Below, piece after piece: positions 8,005 through 16,497 of a stretch of DNA of 64,000 nt. The notes under the pieces are model-generated. The model searched no databases and was not told the origin of the DNA. It saw nothing but the letters and a program-made list of their open reading frames with translations. Numbering within the stretch: position 1 is the stretch's first letter; every line of letters starts with the position of its first letter. The translations under genes and the position numbers were made by a program. The stretch comes from a virus (lineage: Duplodnaviria > Caudoviricetes). Location: positions 16,759 through 80,758 of the IMG/VR virus record IMGVR_UViG_3300045391_005708; one strand, given 5' to 3'.

Positions 8005-9217
8005 GGTGGTTCCCCTTCTTCTCGTGCTTCTTCTGCTTGGGGTGCTTGACTTTGATGGTGTGCCTCAACTTGACCCTCTTGCGCCGGACGACGACGGGCC
8101 TGCTGACCCACCTGTGGGCGCCGACCGTGGCCTCCCCGCCGGTCGTCAGCGGGATCGAGCCCTCGTCCCAGGGGATCGACCCGATGTCGTTGGGCATGAC
8201 CAGGTGGTCGTGGTTGTCCAGGTGGAGCGGCGGCACGATGCTGTACGACTGGTCGTACCTGATGTCGCTCACGCTCTTGAGTTCCTGGACCACCCGGTCG
8301 TCTACCTGCTTCTTGCTCTTGAGGCTGTCGTCCTCCAGGACGAGGGGCAGGAACCGCGGCGCGCCGTTGCGCGAGAGGCTGGACGGGGAGAGGTCGTGGC
8401 GCCCGGGCAGTTGCGCGGTCCCCTCCCACGTCTCGGTGATCTTCTTCTTGGTCCGCTTCGAGGTCACCTTGACGTAGTTGCCGAACTCCGTGAAGTCCGT
8501 CTGGCCCTGGGGCAGTTCGAACAGGTCCCTCACCTGGTACCGCGCCCGGTGCGCGTGCAGGTGCTCGCCGACGATCCAGCCGTCGCTCTTGACCTCCAGG
8601 CGCCAGTTGAGTTCCTTGCGCGCGATGCGCTGGGCGACCGGCCAACTCCAGATGCTCGGGTCCTTCATCCCGACCGTGTACGCCCGCTTGAGCCTCTTGT
8701 CGCTCCTGGGGATGCGGTAGTGCCGCTCCCCCGTGTTGCGGAGGATGTCGACGAGCACGTCGGACGCCCTCGCGCCCTTCTTGTACGTCTTCTCGTGGAC
8801 GCCGTGGTTGGCCAGGAGACTCTTGTCGGCCAGTTCGAGGCCGAGTTCCGCGCCGCTCCGGGAGGCCGAGGTGGGCACGCCGACGAACGGGGTCGCGGTG
8901 ACGTGCTGGGACAGGTCCGGCACCCAGACGCGGTGCCGGACCTTCAGCAGGCGGTTGACCCAGATGACGCCCCGGTCGTCGTACGCGAACTTGTGGCCGA
9001 AGGACAGCGCCCTCTCCGGGTCGGAGAAGGTCAGCGAGGCGGTGCGGTCGGGGCCGTCGTCGTCGTGCAGGTCGACCTGGCCGTCGAGCAGGGGGATCTT
9101 GTACAGCGGGCGCTCCTCCAGGTTGCACACGTCCACCCACACGTCGAAGTCGTGGTCGCCCTGGATGAACCTGTTGTACACCGGCAACTGGCTCCGGTTG
9201 AGGTTGAGGTCCTGCAT
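7997..9217 (-). CDS. minor tail protein (baseplate hub-like)
   Basis: 406 aa, second gene after tape measure, Lys/Arg-rich. Confidence 0.75.
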   Translation of the reverse strand: MQDLNLNRSQLPVYNRFIQGDHDFDVWVDVCNLEERPLYKIPLLDGQVDLHDDDGPDRTASLTFSDPERALSFGHKFAYDDRGVIWVNRLLKVRHRVWVPDLSQHVTATPFVGVPTSASRSGAELGLELADKSLLANHGVHEKTYKKGARASDVLVDILRNTGERHYRIPRSDKRLKRAYTVGMKDPSIWSWPVAQRIARKELNWRLEVKSDGWIVGEHLHAHRARYQVRDLFELPQGQTDFTEFGNYVKVTSKRTKKKITETWEGTAQLPGRHDLSPSSLSRNGAPRFLPLVLEDDSLKSKKQVDDRVVQELKSVSDIRYDQSYSIVPPLHLDNHDHLVMPNDIGSIPWDEGSIPLTTGGEATVGAHRWVSRPVVVRRKRVKLRHTIKVKHPKQKKHEKKGNHRG

Positions 9218-9218
9218 C

Positions 9219-11039
9219 TCAGGGGTCCAGCCTCTCCCACCAGTTGAGCGTGAACTGCGTGCGCTCCTGGGACAGTTGCTCGGAGTAGAACGAGTCCTGG
9301 GGGCTGTAGTCGCCGAGGATGACCGAGTAGTTGTTGATCCCGAACACGAGGCGGTAGCGGTCCTGCTGCGCGCCCTCGACCCAGCCCTGCAGCCGGTCGG
9401 CCTCCGCGTCCAGGGCGACGCCCGTGACCGTGCCCGCCTTGGTCGTCCTGGTCAGCCTGCGCCTGACCGGCTCCACGACGAGGCCGTTGGTGACGGGCAC
9501 GTGCAGCACGCTGTTCTCGGCGACGACCTCCTCGTTCGACGGCGCGTCGCCCAGGCCCCAGACCTCGACCTTGGTGCCGTCCCGGGGGTTGAGGAGGTAG
9601 CAGCCCCCGTCGAACGGCCGGGCGGTCACGGTCCCCGCCCCGGCCGGGTTGCCGCCGACGTACGTGACGACCTTCCAGGTGTGCTGGCGCCGCAGGTCGG
9701 CCGTGTAGTCGGGGATGGTGAAGGCGCCGCCGACGAAGAACTTGGTGCCCTCCGCGCCCTTCAGCACGGGGTCGTTCTCCAGGTCCCACAGGGGGACCTT
9801 CACGCCGTCCCGGAGGAGGCTCACGGTGTCCGGCGTGCCCGCGCCGCGGGTGCCGGTGATCGTCACGACGCCGTTGACGACGTTGACGGCGAGGCCCGAG
9901 ATGCCGGACACGGCGCTGCTCTCCACCGTCTGCCAGGAGGTCTTCAGGACGACGTGCGTGGGGGCGTTGGCGCCGCCCGCCCGCGTCACGCTGTCGTCCC
10001 GGACGTAGAGCCGGTTGCTGCCGGAGCCGCCGGGCACCTTCACGCCCCTGCTGGGCGTCCAGGCCCGCGTCGCGGGCTCGTCCTGCCACCCGTTGCTGTC
10101 GTCGATCACCCTGTCGGAGGCGTTGTTTATCTCAGCCTTCCACCCGGTCTGGGACACCGGCCCGGTCACGGTCCAGGTGAGCGGCGGCGTGCCGTCGACC
10201 TGGTTGGAGCCGTCGACGGGGTTGGTGATGGTGACGACGGGCAGGGGCCGGTAGGTGTAGGAGGCCCAGTCGCTGTACGCGCTCGTGCCGGAGGGGTTGG
10301 TCACCCTGGCCCGCCAGGAGAGCGTGGTCACGCCGGACACCGGGGTCGGCGAGCCCGCGGCCTGGACGTAGTAGCCCTGCGTGGCTGCGGTCGAGCCCGT
10401 GTCGAAGGCGACCGAGGACCCGCCGTCCGTGCTGAACTGGACCTGGAAGGCGGACATGTCGTCCGGCCCGTCGAAGGTGAGGTCCGGCTTGGGGACCGAC
10501 ACCGCGCCGCCGGACGGCCGGAGGCTGCCCGGCGGGTCGGGGACGACGACGTACGTGACGACGAGGACCGGCCTGAGGTCCGCCGCGGACGAGCCGCTGA
10601 GGAAGAAGTCGGCGTTCTGGTTGACCTTCAGGGCGAGGCCGGTCGTCACCCTGGTGGCCACCCAGGCCGTGAGGCTCGCGCCAGAGATGGAGAACAGCGC
10701 GCCCGCCGCGGGGTTGACCACGGTCGCGCTGGCCAGCGTGGTGCCGGTCGGGGTCGGGCGGTTCGACCAGCGCACGCCGGAGCCCCAGTTGCCGTCGGGG
10801 TTCGCGCCAGCCGAGACGGTGACGCTGCCGACGAACGCCTTGCCCGCGTATACCCTCAACTCCGCGGACTGCACCACGGCGTCGTCGGGGATCGCCTTCA
10901 TGGAGCCCCGCACGAGCGCCCACTTCTCGTCCGAGCCGGTCGCGTCGTTCAGCGGCACCTGGGCGGGCGCCCCGAACTTCTTGTCCGGCTTGGGCTGCCG
11001 GACGCTGTACATGGTGAGGGGGATGTTCTTGACGGTCAC
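9219..11039 (-). CDS. minor tail protein (distal tail region, beta-rich)
   Basis: 606 aa immediately after tape measure; FN3/Ig-like stretches. Confidence 0.75.
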   Translation of the reverse strand: MTVKNIPLTMYSVRQPKPDKKFGAPAQVPLNDATGSDEKWALVRGSMKAIPDDAVVQSAELRVYAGKAFVGSVTVSAGANPDGNWGSGVRWSNRPTPTGTTLASATVVNPAAGALFSISGASLTAWVATRVTTGLALKVNQNADFFLSGSSAADLRPVLVVTYVVVPDPPGSLRPSGGAVSVPKPDLTFDGPDDMSAFQVQFSTDGGSSVAFDTGSTAATQGYYVQAAGSPTPVSGVTTLSWRARVTNPSGTSAYSDWASYTYRPLPVVTITNPVDGSNQVDGTPPLTWTVTGPVSQTGWKAEINNASDRVIDDSNGWQDEPATRAWTPSRGVKVPGGSGSNRLYVRDDSVTRAGGANAPTHVVLKTSWQTVESSAVSGISGLAVNVVNGVVTITGTRGAGTPDTVSLLRDGVKVPLWDLENDPVLKGAEGTKFFVGGAFTIPDYTADLRRQHTWKVVTYVGGNPAGAGTVTARPFDGGCYLLNPRDGTKVEVWGLGDAPSNEEVVAENSVLHVPVTNGLVVEPVRRRLTRTTKAGTVTGVALDAEADRLQGWVEGAQQDRYRLVFGINNYSVILGDYSPQDSFYSEQLSQERTQFTLNWWERLDP

Positions 11040-11042
11040 GGG

Positions 11043-13697
11043 TCACCCCACCAGGCTGTCGTAGGCTTCGATGCGCTCGTCCAGGTACGCGTCGAACTCG
11101 CGGCTGCCGACGCGCAGGACGAGCCGCCTCGGGCCGCGCTGCGTCTCGCGCGGCCGGTCGGCCGCCCTGGTCTTGCTGGCGTTGTCGACCCGGCTGTCGC
11201 GCGGCAGGTAGACCGTCTCGGGGCCGTGCTCCCCGACGCGGGCCACGCCGTCCCAGGGCATCTTGCCGCCGGTCGCGAACCCGGGGATCGTGAAGCCGAC
11301 GTGCTTGCCGAGGACGGAGAACGAGAAGTCGCGCGGCAGGCCGATGATGTTGTTGATCGCGCTCTTGAGTTGGGCGGCGAGGTCGCCGAGGCCGTGGCCC
11401 AGCGCCCGCACGCCCTCCTTGATGCCCTCCACGATCTTCCTGCCGAGGGTCTTCCCTACGTTGAGGAAGCGTCCCCCCAGTTGCAGGAGGTTGCCGATGA
11501 GGTTGGTCACCAGGGTCGCCACCTCGCGGGCGCCCCCGCGCACCGCGCCCACGATCGCCTTCCAGGCCCCCCTCACGGTCTTGACCACCCCGCCGAACAC
11601 GCGGCTGAAGACCGCGCGGGCGGCCTGCAGTTCGGTGCCGATGACGCTCTTGATGAACCTCGCCCCGGCGCCGACCACGGCGCGGATGACCCGGATCGCC
11701 ACCTGCACGACCTTCATGCTGGCCTTGAAGGATACCTCGAACACCTTCCGGTAGACGGCGAGGTACTTCTCGACCACCTTGGCGACGACCGTGAGGACGG
11801 GGCGGATGAAGGGCTCCAACTTGGAGAACACGAACTTGACGGCCTTCCAGATGCCGCCCGTCACCTTCTCCGCGAGCCTCAGCATGGGGCCGAACCACTT
11901 GCTGAACGCCTTGCCCGCCACCTCGCTGCCGCCGGAGATCGCCTTGCCGACCAACTTCATGGTCGGGCCGACGAACTTGCCGATCGTCTCGAAGACGGGG
12001 ATCAACTTCTGGCTGATGTACTCGGCCAGCCTGACGATGGGGGCGAGGAACTTCCCCACGAACGGGATCGCCTTGACGATCGCCCCGCCCCAGTTGGTGA
12101 AGGCGAGGATCATGAACGCGATGATCGGGGCGAACTTCTTGAGGACCGGGCCGAGGACGTTCGAGATGACGGCCACGACCGGCGTGATCACCTGGGCGAT
12201 GGTCCCGAGCATGGAGATCGACTGGGTGATGATCTGCCCGACGACGGCGAGGACGCCGCCGAGCAGGGGCTTGAGGGCCGTGAACAGCGCGGCGAACTTG
12301 GGTCCGTTCTCGGAGAAGGACTTGCCGATGTCCTTCAGCACCGGGGCGAGGGCGTCCTGGAAGACGTGGACGAGGCTGACGACGATCGGGGCGATGCCCT
12401 CGAAGACCGACAGGTAGCCGCTGGCGATGTTCGGGTTGAACAGGGGCAGCAGGACCTTGCCGATCTTGCCGAGGTCGCGGGCCAGTTGCCCGCTGACCTT
12501 GATGCCCTTCTTGGCCCACTCCGCGATCGCGTTCTTGGTCGACGCCTTGCCGGTGAAGTCCGCGAGGCGCCCGGTCAGCCGGTCGAAGACCTTCAGCAGG
12601 GCGTCGCCGGGCTTGGTCGCGGCGCCGAAGACGTTGTGCAGCACCTTGCCGAGGTTTACGACGATGTGCGCCAGGTGGGTCGCGCTCTTGAACGCCCGGT
12701 CCATGAACGCCTGGATGCCCTTCTGCCCCTTGGCGGAGGAGGCCCAGCGGCTGAAGTTCTTGGCGAGGTTGACGATCGTGCCGGACAGCCTGTTGCCCGC
12801 GGGCTGCAGGGCGTGGAGCAGGTGGAGGACCCCGTTCAGGGCGGGCACCGCGGCCTTGCTGAGCGTGCCGAGGATGCGGTTGTTGCCCTTCATGTCGGCG
12901 TTCAGGACCTTGAGGAACCGGCTGCTCTGCCCGTACCGGAGCACGCTCTTGAACAGGTCGTTGAACACGCGGCCGGTCCCGGCCAGGCGGGCCTGGAGCA
13001 CCGGCAGGACCTTGTGCGCGGTGTCGGTGATGTCCCTGTTGAGGCCCCGGAAGACGGCCTGCTGGAGGGCTCCCTTGACCTTGTTCCACGAGCCGCCGAG
13101 GGCCGTGACGGCCTTGGCCGCCGCCCGCGCGTTGGGGGAGAGGGACGCGAGGGCCTTCTCGTCCCCGCCGACCGCCTTGGTGAAGCCTGAGAAGGCCAAC
13201 TTCCCGACCAGGAGCGCGCTCTTGACCGACAGCAGGACGGGGGCGAAGGCGGCCCAGACCCCGGACGCCTGCGCGACCGCCCCGGTCAGCGCCGTGGCCG
13301 CCCCCGCGAGGGCCGAGAGCCCGCTCGTGATGAACGGGATCGCGGCGCCGATCGCGGGCAACTTGAGGCCGGACAGGCCGCCGAAGGACTCCCTGATCGA
13401 CTTGCCCACGTCGCCGAACGACGTGCTGCTCATCTTCTTGCGGAAGTTGCCGATGAAGCCGCTGGCCGCCCTGGTCCCCTCGGCCTTGAAGGCGGAGAGG
13501 AACGAGTCGCCCCTGCCGATCCGCTTGCGGAAGCCCTTGACGAACCCGCCCCCGGCCTTGTCGCCGGACCTGTCGCCCAGGCGCTCGGACTCCTTCTCCG
13601 CCTTGGGCGACGCGCCCTTGATCGCCTCCGTCGTCTCCGGCTCGATGTTGTCGCCGTTGACGTGGAGGTCGACGTAGGCGTCGGCGATGCTAGGCAC
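11043..13697 (-). CDS. tape measure protein
   Basis: 884 aa Ala/Gly/Lys helical repeats, MPSIADAYVDL start, GFATGG..VGEHGPE C-terminal motif. Confidence 0.92.
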   Translation of the reverse strand: MPSIADAYVDLHVNGDNIEPETTEAIKGASPKAEKESERLGDRSGDKAGGGFVKGFRKRIGRGDSFLSAFKAEGTRAASGFIGNFRKKMSSTSFGDVGKSIRESFGGLSGLKLPAIGAAIPFITSGLSALAGAATALTGAVAQASGVWAAFAPVLLSVKSALLVGKLAFSGFTKAVGGDEKALASLSPNARAAAKAVTALGGSWNKVKGALQQAVFRGLNRDITDTAHKVLPVLQARLAGTGRVFNDLFKSVLRYGQSSRFLKVLNADMKGNNRILGTLSKAAVPALNGVLHLLHALQPAGNRLSGTIVNLAKNFSRWASSAKGQKGIQAFMDRAFKSATHLAHIVVNLGKVLHNVFGAATKPGDALLKVFDRLTGRLADFTGKASTKNAIAEWAKKGIKVSGQLARDLGKIGKVLLPLFNPNIASGYLSVFEGIAPIVVSLVHVFQDALAPVLKDIGKSFSENGPKFAALFTALKPLLGGVLAVVGQIITQSISMLGTIAQVITPVVAVISNVLGPVLKKFAPIIAFMILAFTNWGGAIVKAIPFVGKFLAPIVRLAEYISQKLIPVFETIGKFVGPTMKLVGKAISGGSEVAGKAFSKWFGPMLRLAEKVTGGIWKAVKFVFSKLEPFIRPVLTVVAKVVEKYLAVYRKVFEVSFKASMKVVQVAIRVIRAVVGAGARFIKSVIGTELQAARAVFSRVFGGVVKTVRGAWKAIVGAVRGGAREVATLVTNLIGNLLQLGGRFLNVGKTLGRKIVEGIKEGVRALGHGLGDLAAQLKSAINNIIGLPRDFSFSVLGKHVGFTIPGFATGGKMPWDGVARVGEHGPETVYLPRDSRVDNASKTRAADRPRETQRGPRRLVLRVGSREFDAYLDERIEAYDSLVG

Positions 13698-13935
13698 CGG
13701 GCACCGCCGCGTCGCCCTTCAACTGCGCCGCGAACAGCGCGAGGGACCTCTCCTCGTTGTCCTTGGACCACGGGCTGTCGGGCCGCGCCGCCTGCCGGAG
13801 CCTCTTGCCGGGGCGGGAGTCGGGCAGGTTCAACTTGGTGTCGAACTTGCGCCGGTCCTTGTCCTCCGCGTTCTCCGTGGCCCAGAAGTACAGCAGGTTG
13901 AGGAAGCGGTCGATGGGGAGCCTCATCGGGTCCAC
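13690..13935 (-). CDS. tail assembly chaperone, C-terminal (T) part, probably made as a frameshift fusion
   Basis: GVDPMRLPIDRFLNLLYFW; frame stays open upstream to overlap the end of the 14004-14315 ORF in the -1 frame. Confidence 0.7.
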   Translation of the reverse strand: MDPMRLPIDRFLNLLYFWATENAEDKDRRKFDTKLNLPDSRPGKRLRQAARPDSPWSKDNEERSLALFAAQLKGDAAVPGA

Positions 13936-14003
13936 TCCTCTCGCCGCGGCCCAGCCGTCATAGTCGGTCCAGTTGTTCCTAGCGAGCGAGACTAGCCTGC
14001 TCG

Positions 14004-14315
14004 CTACGTGGTAGGGCGTCCGCTGACTTCCTCCACGATCCCCTCTACGATGTCCTCCAGGTCCTCGAAGTCCAGGTCGTCCTCGTCGTCCCTGAGGCGG
14101 GCGAGCAGGTGCTCACGGTCCTCCTCGGACAGGCCCTCGTCCAGCCACCCGAAGAACGCCTTGGCGGCGTCGAGGTCGTTGTCGCTGTCCAGCATGGGGA
14201 CGACCATCTTGGCCGTCTTCGGGGGCTTGAACTCGTACGTGTGCTTGTCGCCCTCGATGTCGAACGACACCGGGGAGCGGTCGCGCTTGCGCGCCTTGAA
14301 GGAGAGGTCAGACAC
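14004..14315 (-). CDS. tail assembly chaperone (G)
   Basis: GTG 14315; acidic 103 aa ending EEVSGRPTT; position before tape measure. Confidence 0.8.
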   Translation of the reverse strand: MSDLSFKARKRDRSPVSFDIEGDKHTYEFKPPKTAKMVVPMLDSDNDLDAAKAFFGWLDEGLSEEDREHLLARLRDDEDDLDFEDLEDIVEGIVEEVSGRPTT

Positions 14316-14484
14316 CTGCGCCCTCGCTCTCGCGCTGGGCGGCCGCCCAGCCCTCGTCCGGCATCGGCGCCGGTGTCGGCTCGGGGGACCCCACGCCGTC
14401 CTGGAAGAACCCCCTCGCCTGCTGTTGCTCGACCGTCTCCGCGGGCCGCTGCCGCGCGGTGTTGGACCCACCACAGTTGCACAT
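14308..14484 (-). CDS. small MCNCG-type protein (58 aa, not in ORF track)
   Basis: RBS AAGGAGG, ATG TGC AAC TGT GGT; own -10 at 14510; stop overlaps chaperone start. Confidence 0.65.
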   Translation of the reverse strand: MCNCGGSNTARQRPAETVEQQQARGFFQDGVGSPEPTPAPMPDEGWAAAQRESEGAGV

Positions 14485-14520
14485 GGCAACCTCCTTCTCG
14501 TCGCGCTCGATTCTACCGTC

Positions 14521-14925
14521 TCAGGGCAGGAAGTCGGCGGCCGTGACCTCCGCTATCGCGTTGCCGAGGAAGTGCACGGCGGGCACCCCGCGCGTGCTGT
14601 AGGTCGCGACCCAGCGGCCACCCTTGGTCCTGAAGACCAGGAGCGGGGCGCGCCGGGCGTAGATCGGGCCGGTGCCGAGTTCCTGGTAGATCGCGTAGAA
14701 CACCTTCGAGCCGATCCTGAACACGAGCCGGTAGGGCCCGTCCGCGGTCTGCTCCTCGCTGACGACGCTGTTCCGCATGAGGCCCTTGTCGACGGTCGCG
14801 CCCTTCTTGGCCCGGTCGCGCACGCGCCCGGCGGCCCGCGCCGACGCCCGGTGGATCTGCCCCTCGGGGGCCATCATCCTCGCCAGTTCGGCCCGGTGGA
14901 AGACGACGCGCCTGATCCCGGGCAC
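14521..14925 (-). CDS. HK97 gp10-like neck/tail completion protein
   Basis: VDKGLMRNSV, YAIYQELGT, TRGVPAVHFL..A motifs. Confidence 0.75.
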   Translation of the reverse strand: MPGIRRVVFHRAELARMMAPEGQIHRASARAAGRVRDRAKKGATVDKGLMRNSVVSEEQTADGPYRLVFRIGSKVFYAIYQELGTGPIYARRAPLLVFRTKGGRWVATYSTRGVPAVHFLGNAIAEVTAADFLP

Positions 14926-14928
14926 GGC

Positions 14929-15411
14929 TCAGGCCAGCATCAGGACGTTGCCGCTGAACGTCCACTCGAAGCCCGCGCAGCCGCCCTCCGGCCCCTGCGG
15001 GGCGCCCTGCTCCAGGCGGAGCGAGCGGCTGAAGAAGTGCGTCCCGTCCCACCCGTGCGCCACGAGGGCGTCGAAGGCGGCCTGGGCGTCGCCCGTGATC
15101 TGGAGCGTGTCGGAGGTCTGCTCCTCGGCGGTCGGCGGGTCGCCGTCCCCCTCCAGCACGTGCACACACTTGACCCACCCCACGGCCGCCCGGATCTGGA
15201 CGTGGGTGAGGCAGGGCACCTTGTCCTTGCTGTACTTGGGGACCAGGCTCACCAGGCGCGCCCAGAGGGTGCCGCCGCTCTCGCAGCAGTTGTCCCAGAC
15301 GGCCGTGTTGCCGGGCTGGAGGCTGACCTGCCCGGCCCCGGGGTCGATGCCCACGGCCGGGGCGACGGCGGCCAGCGCGGACTGGAGGACGGGCCCCACC
15401 CGGTCAGCCAC
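14929..15411 (-). CDS. putative tail terminator / head-tail protein
   Basis: 160 aa, PG...WDNCCE..G.LW, GPEGGCAG; position in neck module. Confidence 0.65.
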   Translation of the reverse strand: MADRVGPVLQSALAAVAPAVGIDPGAGQVSLQPGNTAVWDNCCESGGTLWARLVSLVPKYSKDKVPCLTHVQIRAAVGWVKCVHVLEGDGDPPTAEEQTSDTLQITGDAQAAFDALVAHGWDGTHFFSRSLRLEQGAPQGPEGGCAGFEWTFSGNVLMLA

Positions 15412-16489
15412 GGGGGACCCTCGTGGTGCGGAGGTCCGGGCTGGCGACGCTGAAGCCGATGTCGGGCTTGTTGACGCTGGCCACCCAGGCGTCCACGACC
15501 CAGACCCCGGTCTTGCCCTTGTCGAGGTCGTCGAAGGTGTCGAGCATCATGGAGATCGACACGCCAGCCCTGGTGACGGACTGCACGCGGGTCGGCAGTT
15601 CGCAGCCCTTGGAACCGGTGAACGCCTTGGCGAGTTCGAGAGCCAACTTCCCGGCGGCGAGTTGCCCGCCCGCGGGCACGGGGTCGCCGACGCGGATGGT
15701 CACGCCCCACGTCCCGGCCGCGCCCAGGCGCTTGCTCATGTCCTGGCACGTCGGCCAGGTGCCGCCGTCCGTGCGGGTGAGGTACCGGGAGTTGAACAGT
15801 TGGTAGGCGGAGGGGTCGAGGACCACCCCGTCGACCTGGACCTCCGCGACCTCCCACACGGGCTTCTCGAACGCGAGCGACTGGTTGGCCTCGCACCCGC
15901 ACTGGTCGCCGCAGCCCCCGCCGCAGCCGATGTTGAACCACTGGCCCCTCACCAGGGCCGGGTAGAACGGGCGGCCGACCGGCCAGGGCGGCGAGCCCGA
16001 GGTGCCGTAGTAGGTGCTCACCCAGCCCGTGCAGTCCTGGCGGCACGGGCGGATCGTGGCCTCGCACAGGCCGAAGCGGCGCCCGGTCCAGCGCCACAGC
16101 AACTCCGCCGCCATGTCCTCGTATACGGCCATGCCGGACGGGGCGACCGGGAACTCGGCGTCCTCGGGGTAGACCACGGGCCACTCGCACGCGGAGAGCG
16201 CGCCGGAGGGCTCCTCGTCCCGGATCACCAGTTCGAGGAACGCGTCCTCCTGGCGGCCCTGGTCGGTCGTCACGTGGTTGGTGACGGTGTAGGTCCTGGA
16301 GTCGGTGCCGCCGCCGAGGAAGACGGTGACCACGGTGTCCGTGCTGGACTGCGACGTGACGGCGAGGGTGCCGTCGTCCGGGGCGACCGCGACCGTGAAG
16401 GACGTGATCTTCTCGCCCGGCTGGAGGAAGCCCGCCGCCCAGTCGAACTTGTAGTCGAGGACCGCCTGCGGGTCCTTGCTCATCTTCAT
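15404..16489 (-). CDS. head-to-tail adaptor fused to an N-terminal fibre-adaptor-like domain
   Basis: N-terminal KDPQAVLDYKFDW..FL.PGEKI..; then CEWPV..LLWRWTGRRFGLC..IRPC..LPTRVQSVTRAGVS. Confidence 0.7.
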   Translation of the reverse strand: MKMSKDPQAVLDYKFDWAAGFLQPGEKITSFTVAVAPDDGTLAVTSQSSTDTVVTVFLGGGTDSRTYTVTNHVTTDQGRQEDAFLELVIRDEEPSGALSACEWPVVYPEDAEFPVAPSGMAVYEDMAAELLWRWTGRRFGLCEATIRPCRQDCTGWVSTYYGTSGSPPWPVGRPFYPALVRGQWFNIGCGGGCGDQCGCEANQSLAFEKPVWEVAEVQVDGVVLDPSAYQLFNSRYLTRTDGGTWPTCQDMSKRLGAAGTWGVTIRVGDPVPAGGQLAAGKLALELAKAFTGSKGCELPTRVQSVTRAGVSISMMLDTFDDLDKGKTGVWVVDAWVASVNKPDIGFSVASPDLRTTRVPRG

Positions 16490-16497
16490 GGCGCTTC

